The notes below the pieces were generated by a model that worked only from the letters and a program-made list of their open reading frames with translations, had not been told where the DNA came from and searched no databases. A stretch of DNA of 64,000 nucleotides from the NCBI GenBank assembly GCA_964016885.1, contig OZ024743.1, forward strand, positions 39,990,001-40,054,000. Direction: 5' to 3'. The position numbers were made by a program, and so were the translations under genes. The stretch comes from Eledone cirrhosa. Lineage: Eukaryota. Shown in pieces: positions 35,770-49,554 of this stretch (positions are counted from its first letter, which is position 1; each line of letters starts with the position of its first letter).

Positions 35770-37470
35770 TTGCCAAGCTTTCCAGAGAAAAACAGAGCAA
35801 AGAGAGAAGACGCATGCTTCTCTCCATTGTGACGCTAAACATATCAGAGCATTTCCCATTTAACGTAACTGATAATTATATACCGTCCTTAATAGATATG
35901 TTGGCATTCAGCAGATTGCCATGTTTGACAATCGTTTATAGGATGTTCGAGAGATCTATGCGATTGACAGTGCCAAAGGCATTTATTACATCGACCAAAA
36001 CCACAAATATATCCTACTTCCTCTGGACCTACTCTGCATCATAGCGAAGGTAGAGGATCATCTCAATAATACCCCAAACAGAGCGAAAAACACATTCATT
36101 TACATATTAGATATCATCATCCTATGTACAGGTAATTATGTAGTGAATGATACAGTAAATTACATTACCAGCAATATCGAGAAAGGTGACATCATGAAAG
36201 TTGTCACTGATTTTTTATCTATCTTCTTTAATAGATGAAATAAGGATACATCTCTGGTGTTATGAGAGGCATGTTCAATCTACCACATTTCTACGACTAA
36301 CCGAAGAAGTTTAAAATACAGTTATGACCACAATATTTGTAAATTTCAAGTCGGATGCCATCTTTATGGGGTGCTTTATTTAATGAGAATTGCAAAATAG
36401 TCGTTTGTACTTATTCATGCTCGTATTGAATGCTAATTTGGGTATTGTAATCTACGTTCGACTCAACAGTAAGTATCTTAACAAAATGTAGCTTCCAGTG
36501 TGAGTGTATCTGAACTTTATCTGTGTATATGATTTTACCAACAGAGAATAGCACTGGATTTGACCTGCTCTTCCTCGGAACATGTGCCGCCTTCTGATCA
36601 TTAAAAAGCCTTTGAATCCTTTTCATCACTTGCTTCTTGTAGTTCAGCTGATTTAGCTGTCCACTAGGCATTCTTCATCTTCTTACGTAAGGACAGTAGG
36701 TGTTGCTTTCAATCCTTGTATGCTTTCATTTTAACTGGTTTGTTTATTTCCAAACCAAAGCCTCTGTAGGCTATTTTCCCGGTGATAACGTTCTGGATAT
36801 TCAAGATGTTTTTATAAAAACAGGTGTAATGCTTCCTCATAGAACACCCTGACATATCTAAGAATGTGCATAGATGCACATCTGTAAACTGTGTCCTTGT
36901 AAACTATGTCATAACAAATCTGGATAAAGTCGAGGAACGAGTAACGTTTAGAAGAAAGTCACAGCCTCCTTCCAATGGACGTCACAGCACCATCATCAGC
37001 CTTGGATGAGATAGGTGTATTTGGAAGACGTTTTTGTTGGGAAGATTGAGCGAAACCCTACTGCAAAGCAGTGCATGGTCCGAGAGATAGCACAAAGAGT
37101 GAAAAACGGAGGGAATTTCTAAAAGTTTAGGTGAAACCATCGTGTGATGTCATGGTCAACCATGTTTCAGTCTTTGTTCTCATCATGTCCAAAACGTTTT
37201 GCTGGTCCAATAAAGGCCTTCACCACTATAAGTCATTCACTATTGTGGCTTGCTGAACAGATCCACGAGTTCCGTTATTTTCCCATTTGATATTCCTTCA
37301 TTAGCACGAATGTCACGCAAAACCGATGGAGTCAGGTAAATCGTATTAGTGGAAGGCTTTTGTGCAATTTCCGATGGTCGTGTTGTGTGATGGTGACAAA
37401 GCAGGTATATTTTAGCTAAACAGCGAGTGATGATAAAAGAAACCCTAAACTGATACTTGCCCAATCTTTT
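35770..37470 (-). mobile_element. Degenerate RTE-clade LINE fragments
   Basis: Minus-strand remnants VDVINAFGTVNR..V.LNG..S..F.V (RT) and IYTDKVQIHSHWKLHFVKILT (RTE linker), plus endonuclease-like pieces near 37100-37470. Confidence 0.55.
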
Positions 37471-37935
37471 AATTTTGCAATCAAGCGCAGCTGTTTATTT
37501 ATCCAAATGTGAGTCTGAAATAGAACAAAATATTCAATGTTTGACTCCAGGAATGTTAGAACACTTCGTGACGGCGATTCAAATTTAGAACGAAGATCAG
37601 CCCTCAGAAGTAATGCACTCAACGGATATAATATCCCAAATGGAGGAAACAAAGAGGGATACACAATTATTTGTTCCATGAATCAATCAATCTGGTGTTG
37701 TTTTTATGACGTGATCTGATATTACTATAAGCATTCACTTACCATCTTAGCCCAATGCGTCTTTTGGTTTAACGGAGTCGGAGCTATGATCTCGCACGAA
37801 CTTAGGCTGATTTCACTTCGCCTCACTATTAGATTTTTAAAACAACCCTCAAATCATATGACATCATGGACGCTTCCTGGCTCCAAAGACTGAAACATGG
37901 TTGACCATGACATCACACGATGGTTTCACCTAAAC
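37125..37935. repeat. 52-bp perfect inverted repeat with ~700-bp spacer
   Basis: 37125-37176 GTTTAGGTGAAACC...CAGTCTTTG is the reverse complement of 37884-37935. Confidence 0.9.
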
Positions 37936-38121
37936 CTTTAGTATATTGTAGGTTTTTCGTTATATGTATGTGTGTATATGTACATATGTATGATGAGTGG
38001 TCAAGTTAACATACAAGCTACAGGTGGCCAGAGTGTTTTTGTAGAATGAAAAGAATAAAAAATATTTACATACTCACAACCACATACATAAACACTTACA
38101 CACACATATATATGTATATCT

Positions 38122-38162
<41 letters not shown>

Positions 38163-38547
38163 AAAAAGCACATACACACACATATATGTCATGATTCGGT
38201 CTTGTTTATCTTCTAATACTAACCCACAAAAAAAAAAAAAAAAAAAAAAAAAATTCCCTACTATATATCTGTTGAATTACTATTCTTGGGGTTTTATTTA
38301 TTTTTATTTATTTATATATTTATTTATTTATTCATTTATTTATTTATTTATTTACTTTTTCTTTTTCTTTTCATTTTAATTTTTATTTTACAAAAGCACT
38401 CCGGCTAATTGACCACTCCCCAAAGAAAAAAACGGTCTGTGCCATGGTATGGTCATGTGTATCTAAATACCCCCCCCCCCCGCCAAACCACCACCCCTCC
38501 CTTACAACTACCTAAATGCATAAATACCAGAACTTAATATGACACCC

Positions 38548-38598
38548 AGCTTCCTGAAGATTTCATCTGAATGAAACAGTTCTAGTCCTGTAGAAGCT
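38548..38598 (+). ncRNA. Type I hammerhead ribozyme motif in a PLE-like pLTR (~38390-38686)
   Basis: AGCTTC-CTGAAGA-T TTCA TC TGAA T-GAAA-CAG ttctagtc CTG-TA-GAAGCT, followed by AATAAA, a tail and (TA)n. Confidence 0.8.
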
Positions 38599-38685
38599 CC
38601 TTCTATACAATAAATATATTTTACTCTGCCATGTATTGAGTACCTTAGTTACTGTGGTTATCCTCGACTCAACGCGGGACCTACG

Positions 38686-38754
<69 letters not shown>

Positions 38755-39065
38755 ACACACATATATACAAATATATATATATATATATACACATACACAC
38801 ACACACATATGTACATATACACACATACATATAAAGAAAAACCTACAATATACTAAAATATTCATATAACGTCATGCATTAAATAATGTATCTTGTTGTA
38901 AACATGCACATATATAAACAACATAACCATATACATTCATCCATACACATACACATATACATGTATATATATATTTATATATACACACATATATATATAC
39001 ATATACGCATACATATATACGCATATATAAAAATCAAATATACAATATATTAAAAATATACATAT

Positions 39066-39158
39066 AACTGTTTCTATTTTAGGCACAGGACCAGCAATTA
39101 CCCAGTACATTACTGGTACTTTATTTTTATCGACCCCGTAAGGATGAAAGGCAAAGTT
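39066..39158 (-). mobile_element. SINE 3' fragment
   Basis: Same family as 396-587. Confidence 0.75.
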
Positions 39159-39842
39159 ATCATATACATATAACGTCACATAGATTTATATAAAAAAGAC
39201 GAAGGGACGTGTATGCGTATGAGATAGTACATAGGAGGAGTATGAGATGTACACTTAGGCCTGTTTGCGGAACAAATAATATGTGTTTCAAAATGGAATA
39301 CGTGGAGAGTATGGATTCTCGATTGAAAAGGTACACATGCATGGTGGTAAGTGAACCCGCCATATTTGAGTATGTCACAGTGGTTGAGGTATGTTGACCT
39401 ATAGGTGTAAAGTATTTGACTGAAAGTTAGTGGAATCTGGGTCTCCTGTCCCGGCCCAGGCGATGTTCTTGCCTCAGGTGACGCGCAGAGTCGGGTATGC
39501 ATCTTGGGTTATTTTGGTTTATCCCAGGGGGCATATACTGTCATCAAGGTATGGTGTCTGATCCGCTGAACACGTTTCGCCGCTCTGGTCTGCGCGCGCC
39601 CCGCCGCGTGCCTTTAGCCTGGGCTTTCCAGTGGTTTCCATGGGGAGAGTGTACACCGTCTCTAGTGTCTGCACGTCATGATCATTTCCGATTTCAGCTT
39701 GTAACACACAATAAATTGAGTTCAGGTGCATCACTGATTTCCAGCTTTATATTACATCACACTCTGCTCTGTAAGAACTTAGAGTGCTCAACCGGCATAC
39801 CGCCTACGGAAGCATCATAGCTACCATCAGACACACACACAT

Positions 39843-39893
<51 letters not shown>

Positions 39894-39897
<4 letters not shown>

Positions 39898-40264
39898 AAG
39901 GTTCTATTTAAAATTGTTGGGATATAACAAGTAAATATTTTTATAACTGATATAAAGCACTCGACAAATTTCTGGAGTAGATATACGATATTAATAAATG
40001 GAAACTATATTTATAAAACCATATTTATTTCATTATACATATTTCAGGGATGCCACATTAAATTATGGTATGCCTTCATCAGACAAAATACAATATATAA
40101 CAGTTTTACAAATAGGTTTGGCGTACCCTTTAAAATACAAGCATTACTTTTGGAGGCTGTCTGACAGCCTCCAAAAGTAATGGTCGTATTTAATGTGGTA
40201 TCCCTGAAATATGTATAATGAAATAAATATGGTTTTATAAATATAGTTTCCATTTATTAATATC

Positions 40265-40268
<4 letters not shown>
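39894..40268. mobile_element. PLE-like pLTR fold-back in (TA)n with an inner perfect hairpin
   Basis: Arms ~39982-40063 / ~40187-40268, a tail 39894-39981 on one arm, and an inner 20-bp hairpin at 40142-40182. Confidence 0.7.
40026..40090 (-). ncRNA. Minimal type I hammerhead ribozyme motif
   Basis: Minus strand: TATTTTGT-CTGATGA-AGG c ATACCA..TGGCAT c CCT-GAAA-TATGTA-TA-ATGAAATA, overlapping AATAAA. Confidence 0.75.
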
Positions 40269-40340
<72 letters not shown>

Positions 40341-40366
40341 GTGTGTGTGTATAGAAATATGAAATA

Positions 40367-40454
40367 TAATTGTTTCTACAAGGCCTGCAATTACCCAGTG
40401 CATTACTGGTACTTATTTTATCGACCCCATAAGGATGAAAGGCAAAGTCAACCT
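40367..40454 (-). mobile_element. SINE 3' fragment
   Basis: Same family as 396-587. Confidence 0.75.
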
Positions 40455-40964
40455 GGTATACTACAGTGAAATCACTAGATATAGTGGTATAGCATTTCAA
40501 CTATTTATACCTTGTGTTCTTGGATAGTGTACGATAAAATGTATACATAGTAATTTTTGGAGATAGGTCGGAATAAGAATTATCAAAGGCTATGTGCGTC
40601 AACTTGCTGAACGTTTAGTTTAAATTTAGTCAAAACAAAAAGAGTTGTAGTAAGCATTGTTACATTACCCTTAGATGCTTAATACGCAGACGTCGGTGCT
40701 GATTACAGTGCATCATTCTATCTGTCAAGGGAGGAACTATCACCTTTAGATATGACAATTGACAATATTTCAACATATGACATCGTAGAGAAAATCAATA
40801 TATATTTAGGAAAGGTTTACAATTCACAGCCGTCTACATAACAATGGCAGATATTGAGTGCTTATTGGTTTCTTTTTACTTGGTAAATGTATCGAAGGAA
40901 TTTATCCTTCGAAACTGTCTGCAATGAAAATGTCATATATATATATATATAGTAAAATGAGGTA

Positions 40965-41054
40965 TCCTCTTGATAAGTCGGCAGACCTCACAGGGACTCT
41001 ATATCTTTATGATGTATTGTTTTTGTTTATGCCACGAAACTACGTAGTCGAGGA
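40965..41054 (+). ncRNA. Type I hammerhead motif, U3-A8 core variant, copy 1
   Basis: TCCTC-TTGATAA-GT c GGCA...TGCC AC-GAAA-CTACGTAG-TC-GAGGA. Predicted cleavage after GUC at 41049. Confidence 0.7.
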
Positions 41055-41557
41055 ATCTAGGAGCACTTTAGGTATGATACATTTTATTACTAATTATATC
41101 TAAATGTTTTTTCTCTCTTCATAATGTATTTTTAACTCTGATACTGGTTCAGTCTGGTTCAACCGGATTTGTCTGTCCCAGTCATTCATTGAGCAACATC
41201 GGTGAGGTTGGCACCCTTAACTCACGGTTGGGTGTGGATGCATTCATGTATATGTGTGTGTCCGCATGTATCTGTGTGTTTCTAAATATATTGTTAATAG
41301 CTCCCTCTGGTTGAGTAATCTTTGAAGTGTGGTGGCTGCTGGAAAGCTGCCATTACTTATACTTCTCGTCTCCTTCACCACCTCTTCTACGGCTTCGATA
41401 TAAATACCCCCTCCACCTCTGTGGTATTTTCTTCTGGGTTATAAGAGGCTTAGCTCTGTTTCTCGACCGTTATATCGCGTGACTATCTCCCCCTCCGCCT
41501 TTTGGGATTCTTTCTCACGTCGTGTAGACGCGTTCTTGAGACTAGTAAAATGAGGTA

Positions 41558-41647
41558 TCCTCTTGATAAGTCGGCAGACCTCGCAGGGACTCTATATCTT
41601 TATGATGTATTGTTTTTGTTTATGCCACGAAACTACGTAGTCGAGGA
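41558..41647 (+). ncRNA. Type I hammerhead motif, U3-A8 core variant, copy 2
   Basis: Same motif. Predicted cleavage after 41642. Confidence 0.7.
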
Positions 41648-41784
41648 ATCTAGGAGCACTTTAGGTATGATACATTTTATTACTAATTATATCTAAATGT
41701 TTCTTCTCTCTTCATAATGTATATATATATATATATATATATATGAGTTTGTGTGGGGGCTTATACATATTCATATATCTCTCC

Positions 41785-41827
<43 letters not shown>

Positions 41828-42164
41828 AATTTGTGCCTCTGTTAGTTATAAGCCTATTTGGTTATAATGTTAAGTAATATTTAGAAGGAAACATTTCATA
41901 TGAACTAATAAATAGTGCGTCTTCATACGCTCATGTGTAGTGGTCTATTTGCTAAACCTTGATTTTATATATATATATATATATATGTAAATGTATATAT
42001 ATATGTATATGTATAAATATATATATATATATATACACATTTATGTATATATATATATATTTAGTTATGTAATAAACAAGATAAGATAATTATTTCATTT
42101 ACCAGTGGTTTCTTGAAAGCAAACAAAATTTGCTGTCAGTCATCAGAATGAAAAAATCCTGGTG

Positions 42165-42196
<32 letters not shown>

Positions 42197-42222
42197 GGCA
42201 CACACATGCACACACACATGCG

Positions 42223-42286
<64 letters not shown>

Positions 42287-42339
42287 TATATAACTATATT
42301 TATATGTATGTAAATATATCCATATATATATACATATTG

Positions 42340-42495
<156 letters not shown>

Positions 42496-42516
42496 TATAT
42501 AAAAATATATAAATTC

Positions 42517-42750
42517 ATTTTACGTCCACTTTTTCCCTGCTTGCAAGGGCGGGACGGGAACTGATTCTGGCTTGATTTCTACAGCTAGATGCCCTTCCTA
42601 ACACCAACCTCATTTACAGTGACTGCTTTTTTGCCATGGCACTTCCACGACCACTTTGCAGTGGAATGATATGGACCCCAGTCCCTATCATCTCATTTCT
42701 ACAGCTGAGTAAACTGGAGCAATGTGAAATAAAGTGCCTTGCTCAAGGAA
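42517..42750 (-). mobile_element. CORE-type SINE remnant with RTE-like 3' end
   Basis: CTGAGTAAACTGGAGCAATGTGAAATAAAGTGCCTTGCTCAAGGA is the reverse complement of the core at 47753-47786. GATGCCCTTCCTAACACCAACC resembles RTE-type 3' ends. Confidence 0.55.
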
Positions 42751-42760
42751 ATATATATAT

Positions 42761-42855
<95 letters not shown>

Positions 42856-44475
42856 GAGAGCGAGGAAGAGAGGAAGAGGAGGGAGAGAGATATATATAGA
42901 TATATATGAATAATATAATACGTATATAAAATAAAGAATATATATATTTGTATGTATGTGTATAAGTCTGTGTGCCAGTGCACACCCACGTGTGTGTGTG
43001 TGTCTAATGCAGAACAGAAACAACATAAAAAAAACGAACTAATACTGATAACGAAATTATTGAAGTAGGCTGAAAATAACTTTGAAATTAAAAACCTTTC
43101 ATATTTTTGAATATTTAGAAATGAAAAAGCTATCCACAATAACGTATTTGGGAAAAAAATTCTGCTGATGTGGCAGCCATACTATTTTAATTTATTTGTT
43201 GTGTCATTTTTATTCATTGTTTATATTCTGTTATATTTTACAAACATAATCTTTGTATCCGTAGCAATTTGCTTTTGCATAAATTTATTCTGCAAAACAT
43301 ATCGGAAATGTTCCATATGATATTGAAGTAAATAATTTTAATTTGTGGAAATATAAAATAGCACGTTACCGGAAGTCGATAAAAATATATCCTGGATTTG
43401 CATGTTTCGAAGTATAATTTTTTGTGTTAGATTTTATTCTCTTAATGCAGGTTCTTGTGTATGGATTTTTTTGTTCATGTCCTTTATATGTTCTCTATTT
43501 ATTTTGCCTGTGTAAGTATAACATGCACGTTATGTATGTAGGTGTGTATGTATAGCTTATATCCACTGTATACAAATGTTTTTCTAAGTTGTTCATGTCT
43601 CATATTTATGTATATGTTTATATTACGCATGCTATCTAGATTCTGTATATATATATATATACAGAGAGAGAGAGAGAGGAGGGACATAAAGAAAGAGAGA
43701 GATAAAGAGAGAAAGAGAGAGGGGGTGGAGATGTAATATTTTTAATTATTTGAGTTCTTCAAATAGAAAATATTTGTTTCGTTAAAAAACGATTCGATCG
43801 CAAGCATTTATGCAACACGCAAATCAATAATTATACTTTGAAATTTAGAAAAGTATTGCATATTTTCCCGTTCTAACTTTATTTTGCATTTGTAAATTAT
43901 ACAAAAGTAATACTCCATTGTCGTACTGCAAAACCAATAATCTCCGAATAGTTTGTCAACTGAAATTCTGCTCAACCAGGAAGCATCCAAATTACACAGA
44001 TTTATAGTCGATAGGGGAAAGGTAATACAAACCATATCTCGCATGTCCAATACCTGGTTTAACAAAAGGTATAAACAAGATTCATCCACATCATTCAATT
44101 CGGTGGTTATGACTAACGGTGGTTATGAAAAAAGTATGAAAACAAGAGAAAACATCTTTACTATGAACGTGACAATTCTGCATAGAGTAAATATGAATAA
44201 TCTAGAGGGGAACGAAGGTACATAGACATGGATATGATAATTAGATTATGACGAACAAATGAAATAAAAGAACAAGTTATCAACTGATTAACATGGAATG
44301 TGTATATATATATATATAGAGAGAGAGGGGGATAGATAGATAGAGAGAGATAGAGAGAGAGATACATATACTGAGAGTGCGAGATGTATATATATAGATA
44401 CATGTAGACAGGTAGGTTGGTAGATTGATAGATAGATAAATAGATAGATAGACAGCCTAACACACAAAGATAGAT

Positions 44476-44690
44476 ATCTTTCTCTATTTGCCACAGGGGC
44501 GTACAAAAATCGGACATTACAAGACGTGACGGCGGGGGTTTTACACAAACATCATATAACGTTAACATTAATAAATAACAATAAACTATATATAATAAAA
44601 TAACAATTGAAGTCCGCAATAGGGGGGAACGTTACAGCAGGGTTGTTTAAACACCCCGTGGATAGAACAACCCACAACACCAGGAACGGT
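44476..44690 (-). mobile_element. Tx1-like 3' UTR fragment in a (GATA)n tract
   Basis: Minus strand has CCCCCTATTGCGGA (identical to 12662-12675) and CCCCTGTGGCAAATAGAGAAA followed by (TATC)-type repeats. Confidence 0.6.
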
Positions 44691-45668
44691 AGATAGAAAG
44701 ATAGATAGACAGATAGTCAGACAGATAGATAAATATAGATATATATGTATACAAAGTTTTACTTAATGTAGACAGTGCCTCTTATTAAATAATGTAAACC
44801 CAAGCACCGTTAGATCTTCACTTTGGCTTTTATAATTAATTAGAATATTTTCATTCTTCAATTGGATAATCATACAAACAATTTATTATTTAATTAGCTC
44901 TCAAAGTGCTTTGTTCACAGTATGAGGCCTTGTCAATATCTCATTCCCACTGTATCACCGCCTCATCTTTAATATATTCGAATATATATATATATACGTT
45001 TCAGTTGTGTATATCATCAGGCACAGGCTTTCGCATATGTGTGCTTGTGAGGAAACACTCGTGTGCGTTTCTTTTCTCCTCGTAAAATGTTGGATAGACA
45101 AAATATGTGGGTGGGGGTGGGGGTATGTGTATGTGTGTGTCTGCGTGTGTGTGTGTGAAAGAGAGAGTTTCATTGAGAGAGAGAGTTAGAGAGAGAGATT
45201 GAAAGAGAGAGAAAAACGATAGAGAGCGAATAGCGGAAGGAGAGAGAGAGGGAGAGAGAGAGAGGGGGAGAGAGATAGAGAGAGCGAGAGAGAGAGAGAG
45301 AGAGAAAAAGAGAGAGAGAGAGAGAGAGAGAGTGAGAGAGAGAGAGAGTGTGTGGGGAGTCTATTAATCTAATTGAATTCTATAGAGAAAAACGTATAAC
45401 TTAGGAACTGACAAGTTTGGTTTTATTGTAACCTCCATTAATTAAAACTGCAATCGTTCTGCTCTTAGTTAACAGATATATTGTTGATGAATATATTATT
45501 TATAAATCAATACGATAATAATTAATGACTAATCAGTATTTACATATGATAGCTATACATTTGATTACTGCAATCAAATTATTGATATTGAGTAAGTAAT
45601 ATGAACGAAGCAAGCCTTATGGAATTCAATTAGGAATTGTACACACATACACACACAAATATATACAT

Positions 45669-46305
45669 CTCGCACCAACTAGAGGTATATGATTTTTAAA
45701 GCGATGAAATACAAATTAAAGTTGGAAGAACACTGATGACGGACTAATTTTATTAATATGTAACCCATGTGCAACCACGCAGCTCTCCATTTTTCTCATA
45801 TTTATATCTTTTCCTCAGCTGCGGTTGTCTGTTTCTTTCTTACTGCGTACCCTCTCTCTGTATCTCTCATCTTCTTTTTACCCCCTCTGCCAGCCACACT
45901 CTCTCTCGGCTGGTCCCTTCCTCACATTCCCACTCACTCACTCTCTGCTTCTCCCCCTCTCTCACTTCCTCCCGTTTGACCTGTGTGAAATCCTTTTCTC
46001 GCTCGCATCTCACCAATGTCGTATGGTCTGTATCTCTCGTCCATGAATTCACCAAGCTTAAGCTTACAGATATCATGTACTTGTCTCTTCCTATCTTTCC
46101 GTTGCAATACCATCGGTGTGTGTTTACATGTCTCGCTCGTTTCACCCTATTTTATTTGTCCCAATAACTGTATTTAGTTGTTGCTCGCACCAACTAGAGG
46201 TATATGGTTTTTAAAGCGATGAAATACCAATGAGAGTTGGAAGATCACTGATGAAGGACTAATTGTATTCATATGTAACCCATGTGCAACCACGCAGCTC
46301 TCCAT
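45669..46305. repeat. 122-bp direct repeats bounding a pyrimidine-rich spacer (period 515)
   Basis: 45669-45790 versus 46184-46305, roughly 93% identical by eye. Confidence 0.85.
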
Positions 46306-47679
<1,374 letters not shown>

Positions 47680-47680
47680 T

Positions 47681-47786
47681 GAAGGCGTTAGAGAATTGGA
47701 TTCGCAATCGTAAGGTTGTGAGTTCGATTCCTGGACCAGGCGATGCGTTATGTCCTTGAGCAAGACACTTTATTTCACGTTGCTCC
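47681..47786 (+). mobile_element. tRNA-derived CORE-type SINE, 5' part
   Basis: B-box-like GAGTTCGATTCC followed by GTCCTTGAGCAAGACACTTTATTTCACGTTGCTCC. Confidence 0.7.
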
Positions 47787-48399
47787 TTCTACCTGGAGTT
47801 GCGACCGATAGATAGTATTAGCAATTGGAAATACCAACGGAAACATTGTTTCCTCGGTCCGATTTGACGAAAGACGATCGTTCCTAAAATATGTATGTAT
47901 GTATGTATTTCTACAGGTTTATTTCAGAACCATCTGGAGAATTTACCTACCAGCGTAATATCTTCTTAAAAGACGGATTCATTGGTCAGCAGGGCTTTTG
48001 CGTTGTCACTCAATACCTCAAATCCATTTGTGTCCACTGTTTATGTCTCCAACATTATTGATATTTTTGTCTATTATTATCTATTGTGACATATTAATAT
48101 GATAATTATCAACGACAGGTTTCTGCAAATTCCTTTACAAAGCGAAACTCTTCTGTACACAGGCATGTCTGATACATGAATAGTAGGGCAATTCTTTTAG
48201 CTCGCAAAACTTTTTCTTTTGAACCTTATTTATAATTTATTTTTAGAACGTAACCATTTCTCATACACTATAAAGACCTAGGGATATTATACATTTTAAC
48301 TCAAGATCTTTATTATTTACTAAACGAAAACACATCAAATTTCAAAATCAAAACTATTTTCATATATTGCAGCTACATAATGGGTGTAATATAAAATGT

Positions 48400-49510
48400 C
48401 ACGTTTTTAGGAGTGTCTTTAGTGATTAATTGTACCGACCATTGCAAATATACGCGCAACACTAGCTGACGTAGATTGACACTTAAATAAGAGAGTGTAG
48501 TTCATGGGAGATATTGACGCGTTTTCTTTTCGACAAACTCATCCTAGATCATTGTCCTGCAATTTGGAGATAAGGCATGATTTTTTGTGGCATGGATCCT
48601 TTGTAAAATTCAAATTGGGGAGATTTTTAAATGCTTCCTCAATCGAATATTCTGAAGTTTCCGATGTTTTCAATTAAACTCTTCAATGGCAAATAGCATC
48701 GCAAAATCTGTGTTAAACTCAATTCTATTGTTGGCGTATTGGCACAGCATTTAACTTTTGATACAAAAATTCCTCCTTTACCGATTCCAATACTCATCTC
48801 CTGAAAGCAGGGAAATTCTTAACCATAATATTCAGCTGCTTTGATCTAACTGCCCTATCGAGTTACTATTGGTTCAGGATGTTTGATTGTTGAAGCTTTT
48901 ACCGATGTAATGAGACTGCACACGTTTTCATAGAAAGCTTTGACTATCAGGGCACAATTATGTAGGAGGTCCGCAGCACATATAACATGAAAGTAATTAG
49001 GATGAAGTACATTTTTATTTTACCTGCTTTGGTCATATACCTGGCAGTATCTGATGTTAGTAATAAGATGTCTTCTCGAGCAACGCTAATTTCATGCAGG
49101 ATATCATGAATAACCTGAATCATTATTATAAAAATAAGACGCATTATTGAAAATATTTTTACCTTTCCATTAAAACAATAAAGTGCCTTGTGAAATTATA
49201 CATCCACCTAAGTTGCTTCTTGTTATATTGCTTGTGGGTTCGCCAAAATCAGCCAAAATCTACTGGGAAACTGAGCTGGCAATAGTATTCATTAGTGTGT
49301 TTGACTCTATGTGTATAAATGTAATTATCGCTAGCACCTCTGATTCAGTTTTTCACTAGTATAATTTCTTTTGATTTACATTAATTTTGGGGGAATTGTT
49401 TGTCCAAATGCTTTAGTTAATTGCTTTATTTTTCTGTTTTCTTTCTCTAAGACTTCAGATATGTTCTCTGACAGCAAGATGTTTACAATATTTTACTTTT
49501 TTAATTGTTC
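48400..49510 (-). mobile_element. Degenerate hAT-like (DUF659-type) DNA transposase remnant
   Basis: Minus-strand ILLLTSDTARYMTKAGK and, after a frameshift, HVICAADLLHNCA resemble the SDAA.YM.KAG...H.TC.AH.LH motif. Boundaries are approximate. Confidence 0.55.
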
Positions 49511-49554
49511 CAGCCATCGAGAGCACCGTCTTTGTTGCTACACATTTTATCTCC

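Larger units (their letters stand above)
40950..41722 (+). mobile_element. Non-coding element with 180-bp terminal direct repeats, each holding a hammerhead motif (retrozyme-like or non-autonomous PLE)
   Basis: Repeats 40950-41129 and 41543-41722 (2 mismatches seen), period 593 nt, (TA)n on both sides. Confidence 0.8.

Noticed and set aside
43808-44225. Non-repetitive ORFs that could be a host exon
   Set aside because: No recognisable domain, and no consistent splice sites or partner exons.
44995-45024. Minus-strand CTGATGA-11nt-GAAACGTA hammerhead-like string
   Set aside because: Stem II and stem I do not pair; a remnant at best.
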